Position numbers and translations under genes: made by a program. A DNA stretch of 64,000 bases, taken from NCBI GenBank assembly GCA_951406725.2, contig OX597837.1, positions 11,904,001 to 11,968,000 of the forward strand. The letters are read 5' to 3'. Numbering within the stretch: the first letter of the stretch is position 1; each line of letters starts with the position of its first letter. Under the pieces are notes generated by a model, which was given only the letters and a program-made list of their open reading frames with translations, made no database searches and was not told the origin of the DNA. This document shows, piece by piece, positions 24,969-36,600 of this stretch. The DNA comes from Octopus vulgaris. Lineage: Eukaryota.

Positions 24969-27180
24969 CATCATCATCATCATCGTTTAATGTCCCTTCT
25001 CCATGCTAGCATGGGTTGGACGGTTCGACCGGGGATCTGGGAAGCCAGAAGGCTGCACCTGGCTCCGGTCTTATCTGGCAATGTTTCTACAGCTGGATGC
25101 CCTTCCTAACGCCAACCACTCCGTGAGTGTAGTGGGTGCTTTTTACGTGCCACCTGCACTGGAGCCAGGCGAGGCTGGCATCGGCCATGGCCGGATTGGT
25201 GCTTTTTACGTGCCACCGACACGGAAGCCAGTCGAGGCGGCGCTGGCATCGGCCACGGTTCGGATAGTGCTTTTTACGTATCTCCAGTCCAGGGGTCCTG
25301 GCATCTGCCAGGTGCCAGTCATAGGATTGGTTCAATTTCGATTTCACTTGTCCCAACAAGGGGGGTAGGCATAGGTGCCTGTCGTTGGATGAGGTTCGAT
25401 ATTGACTTCGCTTGCCTCAACAGGTCTTTGTGTGTCCAATGGAGGAAAGGCATGCATAAGTGGGCTGGACTCACTTGTCCTGCCTGGTCTTTTCACGCAC
25501 AGCATATTTCCAAAGGTCTCGATCGCAGGTCATTTCCTCAGTGAGACCTAAAGTTCGAAGGTCGTGCTTCACCACCTCAGCCCAAGTTTTCCTGGGTCTA
25601 CCTCTTCCACGGGTTCCCTCCACTGCTAGGGATTGGCACTTTTTCACACACCTATCTTCATCCATTCTCGCCACATGACCATACCAGTGCAATCGTCTCT
25701 CTTGCACACCACAACTGATGCTCCTTAAGTCCAACATTTCTCTCAGGGTACTAACGCTCTGTCGAGCATGCACACTGACATTACACATCCATCGGAGCAT
25801 ACTGGCTTCATTTCTCGCGAGCTTACGCATGTCCTCAGCAGTCACGGCCCATGTTTCACTGCCATGTAGCATGGCTGTTCGTACACATGCATCATACAGT
25901 CTGCCTTTTACTCTGAGCGAGAGGCCTTTAGTCACCAGCAGAGGTAAGAGCTCCCTAAACTTTGCCCAGGCTATTCTTACTCTAGCCGTTACACATTCAC
26001 CACACCCACCCCCACTACTGACTTGGTCACCAAGATAACGGAAGCTATCAACTACTTCTAGTTTTTCCCCCTGGAAAGTGACGGAAGTTGTTTTCTGCAG
26101 ATTTTCAGAGGTTAATGCTCCCGAGCATCTGCCACATACAAAAACTATTTCCCAGTTAGCCTTCCTTTGACATTGCTGCACCTCTTATGTGTCCATAGCT
26201 TACACTGGGTACATCTTATAGAGTTTCTACCTACACCTTTTCTACAGATCGAGCAGGACCATCTTCCTGAAGACATTTGTGGATTGTCTACCTTCCTACT
26301 TATTAGTACTTTGGTTTTAGCTAGGTTGACTCTAAGGCCCCTCGATTCTAGACCCTTCTTCCACACCTGGAACTTCTCCTCCAGTTCTGATAGTGACTCA
26401 GCAATTATAGCAAGGTCGTCAGAATATAGGAGCTCCCAGGGGCAACCTGTCTTGAATTCCTCCGTAATTGCCTGGAGGACTATGATAAATAGGAGGGGGC
26501 TGAGTACTGAACCCTGGTAGACCCCAACTTCTACTTTGAATTCTTCTGTGTATATGTTGCCAACCCTAACCTTACTTACGGCATCCCTGTACATGGCTTG
26601 CACAGCCCTCACCAGCCATTCATCTATCCCTAGTTTCCTCATTGACCACCAGATAAGGGATCAGGGGACCCTGTCAAAGGCTTTCTCCATGTCAACGAAA
26701 GCCAGGTACAGGGGCTTATCTTTGGCTAGGTATTTCTCCTGCAGCTGTCTCACCAGAAATATGGCATCAGTGGTGCTTTTCCCTGGCATGAAACCAAACT
26801 GCATCTCGTCCAAGTTGACTCTCTCCCTAATCATTTGGGCTATGACACTCTCCGTAACCTTCATTACCTGATCCAACAGCTTGATACCTCTGTAATTATT
26901 TGTATCTAGGGCGTCTCCGTTACCTTTGTAGCAGTTGACTAGTATGGTGCTACACCAGTCATTGGGTATGACTCCTTCGTGTATCACCTGGTTAACTATA
27001 TGGGTGACTAGGTTATAGCCGACACTGCCAGATATTTTGAGCATCTCTGCAGTAATTCCTGATGGGCCTGGGGCTTTCCCTGTCCTCATGCTTCTAATTG
27101 CCTTAACTACCTTGGAACTGTCAACTTGGATGGCTGGTCCCTCTGTTGGGTTGACATTTGGCAGACTCTCTTTATCCCAT
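24969..27180 (-). mobile_element. 5'-truncated RTE-clade LINE (frameshifted RT, 3' UTR, (GAT)n tail)
   Basis: Three consecutive ORF pieces contain KAPGPSGI, NYRGIKLL, QFGFMPGKST, FVDMEKAFDRV, QGSVLSPLLF, YSDD, FRYLG, LHGSETW, RLHWYGHV and RGRGRPRKTW. A ~500-nt 3' UTR ends in (GAT)n. The element splits a SINE (24653-24968 / 27467-27512). Confidence 0.95.
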
Positions 27181-28179
27181 TCATGGAGTGTGTATGTCCG
27201 TGCAGAGTGTGAGTGCGCATGAGGGAGTGTGTGCACATGCAGGGGAGTGCATGCAAACATGGAGTGTGTATGTGGCCATGAAAGCATGTTCATGCATGTG
27301 GGAGTGTGTGCATATGATGGATTGCGCACATGCATGTGCATATGACGGCAAGTGTCTACACAGAGTGTGTATGTGCATATCATGGAGAGCATGTATGTAT
27401 GGTTTGTGTGTATATATATAATAGAGATGGAGTATCTGTTATAATTATGTGAGTGAGAGTACATGTGATTTGTTCGACAAAAGCAGTGCTCCAGCATGGC
27501 CAGTCAAATGACGCATGGAATTTTGCATGAGTAAATATGGAATCCAGTCTGGATAAAGGGGTCTTTACCCTTTACATCTGACAGAATAATTTAAAAGCTA
27601 AAGGGGTTAATAAACCCTAAAGTGTCACAAAGGCAGAACTAAACCTAAGACCACACGGTTGGGAAGCAGGCTTCTTAAACCACACAGCCACACCAGCACT
27701 TCCTAATGTGTTCCTTCATTTTTAACAATGGCCAACACGTGATTTGTGGAGGGTTTGGCTGCTATTTCTAATATAGTTCCAAGACAACAGCTCCAGTCTG
27801 GTTCGAGGACAGCTGACTGCTATGTAGTTGTTCGATTGATTTGCTTTTTACAGGTCTGCTTGACCTAGGGCTACGTGATACTTGTAAGACAACAGTCATC
27901 AGAGTTGCTGCACCAAACGATGCTGGGATTTTACAGTGGAAGTCTGCTGAACGCAAGTGAACGGCGCTGGATAAAGTAAAACACACAAAACGGAAGACAA
28001 AAGAACCAGCATCAAAGATCATCATTGCACACCTGATAAAAGACTTCGTTTTCACCTGTTGAATGCTTATTAATAATCAATATATTGGAATCTGTTTAGC
28101 TAATGGATACTAAATACTGGATGAATGGAGTCAGCCAGAGAAAGACATGAAGAGAGAGCAAGGGGAGAGAGGGGGGAGA

Positions 28180-28660
28180 AAGGGAGTGCGTGTGCATGAC
28201 ACAGAAGATGCATATGTAATACGTGTTTGAGTGAGAAAGAGTGTGGGTGGACACATGGAGAGTGTGGGTGTGTGTGTGCATGATGGAGTGCATGTGTATG
28301 ACTGTGGGTGTGTATAATGGAGTGTGCATGCATGCATGTATAATGGAGTGTGTATGTCCGTGCAGAGTGTGAGTGCACATGGTGGAGTGTATGCATGGAG
28401 TGTGCCTGTGCATGAGGGAGTGTGTACACATGCAGGGGAGTGCATGCACACATGGAGTGTGTACGCGAACATGAAAGCATGTTCATGCATGTGGGAGTGT
28501 GTGCATATGATGGATTGCGCACATGCATGTGCATATGACAGCAAGCGTCTACACAGAGTGTGCATGTGCACATCATGGAGAGCATGTATGTATGGTGTGT
28601 GTATATATAATAGAGATGGTGTATCTGTTATAATTATGTGAGTGAGAGTGCATGTGATAC
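28180..28660. repeat. Degenerate (TG/CATG)-rich low-complexity block, partly duplicated at 27183-27469
   Basis: Repeated catggagtgtg / tgcatg motifs; source of the spurious His/Thr-rich ORFs. Confidence 0.8.
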
Positions 28661-28792
28661 AGCGTGCAGACACAGCATATGTACAATACAGTGTGTGTGT
28701 AACCCTCTAATTTAATATATTCCTCCCAGACATAGAGGGGCTTAAGACATGCTTGCCTATGTAAGCTCTGTATATGTGTGTGTGTATGTACA

Positions 28793-29424
28793 CGATACAT
28801 CCATGCATCACCCATACTCTCAACAATGCACCTTTAAATATGGTTTTTGATTACAAATATCTTGGGTCATACACATCATCATCTGGAAAAGATTTTCTAA
28901 CTAGAAAGGGTATGGCCTGGTCAGCCTGTAATGACATGCATAAGATCTGGTCATCAAATCTAAGTAGAGACTTCAAACTTGAAATCTTCAAAGCAACAGT
29001 CGAACCAATTCTACTATATGGCTCAGAAACCTGGACGTTATCAAAGCAGCTCGAGAGGCGGTTGGATGGAACCTACACTCGCCTCCTTACGAGAGCTCAA
29101 AATCTCTCGTGGAAGCGTCATCCAACCAAAGTGCAAATATATGGGAAACTACCACCTGTGTCATCTCTTGTGAAAGGTAGAAGAGTCCAGTTTGCTGGAC
29201 ATTGTTGTAGAGCTGAAAAAGAGGTAATTTCTACTCTTCTCCTCTGGAAGCCATCTACTCGCAATACCAGAGGGCGCACACTCTCCTACCCTGATGTAAT
29301 CTCCAGGGATACAGGCATCCAGCAACAGGACCTCCGAAATGCTATGATGGACCATGAAGTCTGGCGTAACATGGTAAATTCCATTGTCTCGACCACAGTC
29401 GAACAATGATGATGATGATGATGA
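28793..29424 (+). mobile_element. 5'-truncated RTE-like LINE 3' end (second family)
   Basis: ORF with YKYLGS, LLYGSETW and FAGHC running straight into a (TGA)n tail; 10-bp direct repeat TGTATGTACA at 28783-28792 and 29425-29434 (TSD). Confidence 0.9.
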
Positions 29425-29458
29425 TGTATGTACATTTGCAAATGTAGAAGATTCTTAC

Positions 29459-29685
29459 CATTTATGGATAAAATCCATGGCTTCCAACCTTTCACCAATT
29501 CTCCAGACAATACCAGGACGACACGGCAGTCTTCGAGATCGACTGGTAGCCACAGAATAACCACTCTCAGAAGAACTGGTGCTTAGTTTCTTTTTCTTCA
29601 CGGGCACATTCTTGTCCTTGGCACCGTCACTGGAACTGGTTCTGGAGAGCGACTGCCTGGTAATACGGACTCCATTTTCATTCAT
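29459..29685 (-). CDS. PHF20L1: PHF20-like coding exon A (MNENGVR...EAMDFIHKW; start of Tudor 1)
   Basis: ATG at 29685; donor TG|GTAAGA at 29458 (phase 2). The 5' boundary of the exon is uncertain: acceptor TTTAG at 29791 or CATTAG at 29686. Confidence 0.88.
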
Positions 29686-29880
29686 CTAATGTGGTCCTGG
29701 GAGTGCCATTGGTACCCAAGGAAAAAGACAGCGTTCCCATTCCTGCTTCCTTCTTCTTCGCTACTACTTACTACTCAAGGCTGATCTAGACTAAACAACA
29801 ACAACATACCCCAATATAAGAGACATGTTTCAAATTTTGCCACGAGGCCAGTAATTTTGGGGGAAGGGATAAACTGATTA

Positions 29881-30295
29881 GGATCTTCTTCAGTTGTTAG
29901 AAATCGGAAGACTCACAGACATGCTGCCGAAACAGTTGATGAAAACAGAACCTAGAATCGATCTATTGCATTTCAATCTGTTTTAGGGTTAGGGGTAGGG
30001 GAAGGGTATCTTTTTTTCTTCACAAATATAAATAAAACCAATCTGTTTCTTAAATGAGGGACTTATTCATATGGCACAGAATGTTTTTTTACCTCAATGG
30101 ACATCATTGATTGGTTGAAATTGCAGAAATTGAAGAAAAAAAAACCCAACAAATATCTTACAAACCATAGAATTTTCTCAATAAAACCAAGAAAAAAGAT
30201 GTTTTATAAACACATTCTACCGGTATACAAAGTTTAAAAGTGTTTAGTTACCTAGAAATTATGTTAAAAAACTGCCGTTCAAACCGAATAGATCC
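29881..30295. mobile_element. Second copy of the same MITE with an altered left end
   Basis: Body nearly identical to 17581-17924; GGATC...GATCC ends; 8-bp flanks actgatta/gctgatta. Confidence 0.8.
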
Positions 30296-30740
30296 GCTGA
30301 TTACATTGCCCCCAGTACTCAACTGGTACTTATTTTATTAACCCCCCACCCACCCACCAACCAGCAGTAAATGTACTCATTTTATCAACTCCGAAAGGAT
30401 GAAAGACAAAGTCAGCCTCAGCAGAAATTGAACTCAAAACGTAAAGACTAACAAAGAGCCACAAAGCATTTTCTCCAGTGTGTTAACAATTCAGCCAGCT
30501 TACCACCACCTTACACCACTATAAAACATTAATTTCAAACTTTTGGCACAAGGCCCGCATTTTCAAGGGAAGTGCCCAATCAATTACACACACACACACA
30601 TATAGGGCACGGCAGGAGTAACACCCTTTTTAATTGAATCAGGGTGTTTTGATGAAACAATTTCCAAAAAATTGGGATTTTTTTCTTTTCATTAGTTTAT
30701 TATTCGTTAAGTAATGCAATAAAAGTGTTCAATAAAAATT

Positions 30741-31445
30741 CAACCACATGGTTCGGGGTTCAGTCCCACAGCGTGGCACCTTGGGCAAGTGCCTTCTACT
30801 ATAGCCTCGGGCTGACCAAAGCCTTGTGAGTGGACTGGGTAGACGGAAACTGAAAGAAGCCCATCGCATATATATATAGGCATAGGAGTGGCTGTGTGGT
30901 AAGTAGCTTGCTTTCCAACCACATGGTTCCGGGTTCAGTCCCACAGTGTGGCACCTTGGGCAAGTGCCTTCTACTATAGCCTCAGGCCGACCAAAGCCTT
31001 GTGAGTGGATTGGGTAGACGGAAACTGAAAGAAGCCCATCGTATATATATATAGGCATAGGAGTGGCTGTGTGGTAAGTAGCTTGCTTTCCAACCACATG
31101 GTTCCGGGTTCAGTCCCACTGCGTGGCACCTTGGGCAAGTGTCTTCTACTATAGCCTCGGGTTGACCAAAGCCTTGTGAATGGATTTGGTAGACGGAAAC
31201 TGAAAAGAAGCCCGTCATATATATGTATATATATATGCGTGTGTGTTTGTGTTTGTCCCCCTAGCATTGCTTGACAACCGATGCTGGTGTGTTTACGTCC
31301 CCGTTACTTAACGGTTCGGCAAAAGAGACCAATAGAATAAGTACTGGGCTTACAAAAGAATAAGTCCCAGGGTCGAGTTGCTCGATTAAAGGCGGTGCTC
31401 CAGCATGGCTGCAGTCAAATGACTAAAACAAGTAAAAGAGTAAAC
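30741..31445 (+). mobile_element. tRNA-derived SINE family A: three tandem heads plus one tail
   Basis: A box TGGCTGTGTGG and B box GGTTCAGTCCC; the ~170-bp head is repeated three times before the tail ...gactaaaacaagtaaaagag. Confidence 0.9.
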
Positions 31446-31502
31446 TATAAAAGTTATTAAATGCAAAAAGGGAATTACTTCTGCAGCACCATGTGTGTGT
31501 GT

Positions 31503-31696
31503 GTACTTGTTTCAGTCATTTGACTGCGGCCATGCTGGAGCACCGCCTTTAATCGAGCAACTCGACCCCGGGACTTATTCTTTTGTAAGCCCAGTACTTA
31601 TTCTATCAGTCTCTTTTGCCGAACCGCTAAGTAGCAGGGACATAAACACACCAGCATCGGTTGTCAAGCAATGCTAGGGGGACAAACACACACACG

Positions 31697-31740
<44 letters not shown>

Positions 31741-31900
31741 TATGACGGGCTTCTTTCAGTTTCCGTCTACCAAATCCACTCACAAGGCTTTGGTCAGCCC
31801 AAGGCTATAGTAGAAGACACTTGCCCAAGGTGCCATGCAGTGGGACTGAACCCGGAACCATGTGGTTGGTAAGCAAGCTACTTACCACACAGCCACTCCT
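31503..31900 (-). mobile_element. SINE family A, full length
   Basis: Reverse-complement match to the 31055-31445 copy. Confidence 0.9.
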
Positions 31901-32700
31901 ATATATATAGATCATAGCATTAATCAGACCATTGGATGTTGTTATACAACACTGGTCACAATGCACTTAGAGTGGACTGGAGTAACGAAGTAGTTGTGCA
32001 AAATTAAACACACACACACACACACACACAAAATGCACCATTCAATCAGGGAATGGAAACCCTGATTACTTTTTATTCTTTTACTTGTTTCAGTCATTAG
32101 ACTACGGCCATGCTGGGGCACTGTCCAGAATCTTCAGTCAAATAGCTTGACCCCAGTCCTTTTATGTTTTGTAAGCCTGGTACTTATGCTATCTGTTATT
32201 TTATTTCCAAACTTAAGTTATGAGGATGCAAACAAACCAACATTGGTTGTCAAGTGGCGGTCATGGGGACAAACAGACAAAAACAGACACACACACGATG
32301 GGCTTCTTTCAGTTTATCTCTACCAAATCCACTCGTTAGACTTTGGTGAGCCCAAGGCTAAAGAAGACATCTGCCCAAGGTGCCACAGTGGGACTGAACT
32401 CAGAACCATGTGGCTGGAAAGCAAGCTTCTTACCACAGAGCCATGCCTGTTCCTTGATATTACAACCAGGAATACAAAAACCTAACTATCGGGCCACAAG
32501 CCTTCACTTATGTTTCTGACAAGACTAAAATTAAATTTTACCCTTTAGCATTTAAGCCAGCCATGTCTGTCCCAAATATTCTGTTTTATGTTCAAACTGG
32601 CTAGATCAGGCCTCTCAAACCTATCCTACAATGCCATTCTAAGAACACAACAATCACATCAACATCTTGAAGCTATAAGACAATGCATGGTTAATTCAAA

Positions 32701-33620
32701 GCAGGAGTGGCTGTGTGGTAAGTAGCTTGCTAACCAACCACATGGTTCTGGGTTCAGTCCCACTGTGTGGCATCTTGGGCAAGTGTCTTCGGCTATAGCC
32801 CCGGGCTGACCAATGCCTTGTGGGTGGATTTGGTAGACGGAAACTGAAAGAAGCCTGTCATATATATGTATGCATGTGTGCGTGTGTTTGTCCCCCTAGC
32901 ATTGCTTGACAACCGATGCTGGTGTGTTTACGTCCCCATCACTTAGCGGTTCGGCAAAAGAGACCGATAGAATAAGTCCCGGGGTCGATTTGCTCGACTA
33001 CAGGCGGTGCTCCAGCATGGCCGCAGTCAAATGACTGAAACAAGTAAAAGAGTAAAGAGTAATACAGATAAGATTTACATTTGAGAGCAACCTCAATGCT
33101 AAAGGGATAAATGGGTTATAATTTTCCAATTATTTCACCAAACAAATGGCAGTGCCCCAGCATGGCCACGACTCAAGCTGAAACTAGTAAAGGAAAAAAA
33201 AAAATACCCGCCCCCCAATGGATCCATATCATGAGTGGCTGTGTGGTAAGTAGCTTGTTTACCAACCACATGGTTCCAGGTTCAGTCCCACTACGTAGCA
33301 CCTTAGGCAAGTGTCTTCTACTATAGCCCCGGGCCGACCAATGCCTTGTGAGTGGATTTGGTAGACGGAAACTGAAAGAAGCCCGTCGTATATATGTATA
33401 TGTGTGTGTTTGTGTGTCTGTGTTTGTTCCCCTAGCATTGCTTGACAACCGATGCTGGTGTGTTTATGTCCGCCGTCACTTAGTGGTTCGGCAAAAGAGA
33501 CCGATAGAATAAGTACTGAGCTTACAAAAAAAGAATAAGTCCCGGGGTCGAGTTGCTCGATTAGAGGCGGTGCTCCAGCATGGCCGCAGTCAAATGACTG
33601 AAACAAGGAAAAGAGTATAA
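32701..33620 (+). mobile_element. SINE family A, two full-length copies (32701-33060 and 33232-33620)
   Basis: Same head, central (TA/TG)n and tail. Confidence 0.9.
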
Positions 33621-36600
33621 GAGAGAGTAATTACCGCAGCAGAAGACACTTGCTCAAAGTGCCACAAAATAGGACAAAACAGGAAATCATTTGTGTGGGA
33701 AGCCAGTTTCTGAACTGCAAGAAGCCAAGTATTTCTTTGTCACACATTCCACTGCCAGGCAGAGGTTGACACTATGCCAAGTTCCACCAAGCTGTTCAAA
33801 GGCCTTGGTGTTTGTCCTGCTGGGTTTCCAGCTACCCTCCTCTTCACAAGAGGTTGGGGGAAGCACTGAAGCTACTGTAAACCTACTGTCATAACAGGTT
33901 GTATTGGGTTACTCGTTCACAATAGCATCCAAAAGGACCCAAGAACCGTTAGCACGCTGGGCGAAATGCGTAGCCATATTTCGTCTGCCGTTACGTTCCG
34001 AGTTCAAATTCTGCTGAGGTCCACTTTGCCTTTCATCCTTTCGGGGTCGATAAATTAAGTACCAGTTACGCACTGGGGTCAATGTAATTGACAATCCCTT
34101 TGTCTGTCCTTGTTTGTCCCCTCTGTGTTTAGCCCCTTGTGGGTAGTAAAGAAACGTATACATACACACACATTTTGTGCATACACATACACAAGGATGT
34201 GTACACTCACATATACAATAAACACATTTGAAATACGTAGTTACATACGCACAAGGACACATGATGGCTGCAATTCAATCTCAAATAATAGCATTGTTTG
34301 TTTGTTCTCTTGATCAGAAACAGAACAGATGTGGATTTTCGGTCCTTCTCAGTATCCACAATCTTTTGCAGAGATGTGGTAATGATGGGCGCCTCATGCA
34401 GCAGGTGTTCAGAGCGCTTACCACCCACGTTGACATGAGCCTTCATTCCATCATGGAGATTTTCATTGGGTGCTTTACTGTTCTTGGTTACAGCCAGTCA
34501 TAGTATACAAAAGAGATGCTAAAAAAATTGGGTGTTGCCTATGCCTGAAGGAATGGCCTTGCACAGGGCCAATCCACTCCCTAAACAATATATGCGCTCA
34601 CCAAAAAAGAACTAGTCTACATCATTGGAACAAATGAAGTCACAGGTATTACATCAGAGTTTTCCTTCTAGAGCTGTGATTTTTTTCTACCTGGGTCTAT
34701 AGAAGATTTTGTAAAATTTAAGTGAAAGAAATCGTTAATACACTTCTACAACACATGAAATCATCATTTAGCGCCTGTTTTCCATGCTGGCATAGGTTTG
34801 ATGGAGGACTGGCAACCCAGGAGGCCATACCAGGCTCCAATCTGATCTGGCAGAGTTTCTACAGATGGATGCTGCTTTGCTTAAGAACACAACGTACCAC
34901 CCACCCGGTCTAGGAATTGAAACCACTACCTCGCAATCGTGAGTGCAACACCCTAACCATTGCATGTATGTATATATGAATGTATACACACACACACACA
35001 CACACACATTCTCTGCTTTAATTAGGAGAATCTCATACACAAGGTGCCTTGTGTTATAGTAATTAGTTCGTAGTTCCCGCTACGAAGGGGAGACTATTCT
35101 CATCAAATTGTTCTGCAATGCTCAGCTATTTTATTTTACAATATTCATTTAATCTATTTTAGTTGATTAGCAAAAGTCAACCCTAATTGAGAAGAAACAC
35201 GACATTCCAATCGTGACAACCCCGTCTTCTGTTTTTGTAAATACTTTCTACAAAATTTGCAAGAGGGAACCAGTCTATTAACACTGACTTCAAATGCTCG
35301 ACTTGTACATTTATTTTATTGACCCTGAAAGGATGAAAAGCAAAGTCGATCACGGCAGAATTTGAACTCAGGAACGTAAAGCCGTAAGAAATGCCGTAGA
35401 CATTTTGTCCGGTGTTCTAACCTTTGTTAAATGGTCAAACTAAAAGGTTTGACCCGGTCAGAAAAAAAAAAAGTGTAATGAACCAATATGACACAAACGC
35501 TTTTCCTTAAAAAAAAAAAAAATGATTTCAACGAGATTTAGCTGCTATTTTTAGCTAATCGAACGACCACGTAGAGACTTTAATTTTACATCAGTAATAA
35601 TCGAAACATTGGTTTTACAACTACACTATGTTGTGATTGAAAAACGAGACGAGCCAAGACCGCAACGTGGTTTATTTGACCTGCTAGAAACAGTAGGCTA
35701 TACTCTACTGCCTCAGAAAAGAGCAAAGGATACTCCCAGATCAAGTGAGGGTGGTCATGAGTGGCTGAACAGCTTTGATAATGACTTGGAACCAAAAAAA
35801 TAAAAAATAAAAAGGGTGAGGAAAAACAGAAGGAAGCTTCAAATTTAAATTAATGAATAAACTGCAAGCTATGCTAATTAAGTATCGCTTTTTTCCCCGT
35901 TTGTAAATAAAAAGACACGTGTACGCGCGCGCGTGTGTTTCTATCAGTGCGTGTGCGCGCGAGCACACACAATTCATTGTTTACCTTTTCAGTACTTGCG
36001 TATCCTTGGTTAATTAGTTTTATACTTTGTGTATAATTTATAAATTATACACACGTAACCTTGGTAGAAAGTATAAAACTAATTTATATATACACCATAA
36101 CAATTGTATAGACTTTCGAGAGAACGCGAAATAATTTTAATTTTTTTTTATATCGTAATTCTCGAATCACGCACAAAGCAATAAATAAATAAATATTGGG
36201 TTTAAAAATCGATTTTGGATAACGAAATTCGAACTCAATATTTACATGTTATTAATTTATCGCTCTACGAATGCTTCGAAAATCACAATACCCAAAAAGT
36301 ATAACACATACACATTATATACATACACTATATACATATACATACACATTATATATACACATATATATATATCACCGTGACCGACCAGGCTATCAGATGT
36401 TGCTACACATCGCTGATCACAATGCGCTTCGCATTGTTCTAGCCTTCAAATGACGCCACCCCGCTGGCTAAGCGAGGAAGGCCAATATATATATATAGAT
36501 ATATATATTACATACACGACACACTTCTTTGATGCCCTTGAAAATACATAATATCAATTACAACAACTTCAATTCCAACCTTCTCGTTTTCATCTTCCAT

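Larger units (their letters stand above)
1..29685 (-). other. PHF20L1: PHF20/PHF20L1-like gene (tandem Tudor chromatin reader), multi-exon, 3' part outside the window
   Basis: Ten exons join in frame with GT-AG sites and matching phases (2,0,1,0,1,1,1,0,1). The spliced N-terminus ...LPCRPGIVWRIGERLEAMDFIHKWYPAKIVNIQEEKFSVLIHFEGWNHRYDEWVDMKCERLRP...YKVGEHVLAKWSDCKMYPAKV...YEVLFYDG closely resembles vertebrate PHF20L1/PHF20 Tudor1 and Tudor2 as I recall them ([25 protein letters not shown]...HFERWSHRYDEW; VLARWTDCRYYPAKI...FYDG). It is probably co-orthologous to both paralogues. Confidence 0.9.

Noticed and set aside
26661-28673. His/Cys/Thr-rich ORFs as metal-binding proteins or an N-terminal extension of the RT
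   Set aside because: They arise from (CA/TG)-rich low-complexity DNA that is open in several frames; RT homology starts only at ~27180.
30729-31267. Recurrent ORFs with GLLSVSVYQIHSQGFGRPEAIVEDTCPRCH
   Set aside because: They are translations of non-coding SINE family A and recur at every copy.
34207-34503. Host-gene exon
   Set aside because: No convincing splice sites or homology; at most a decayed transposase tail.
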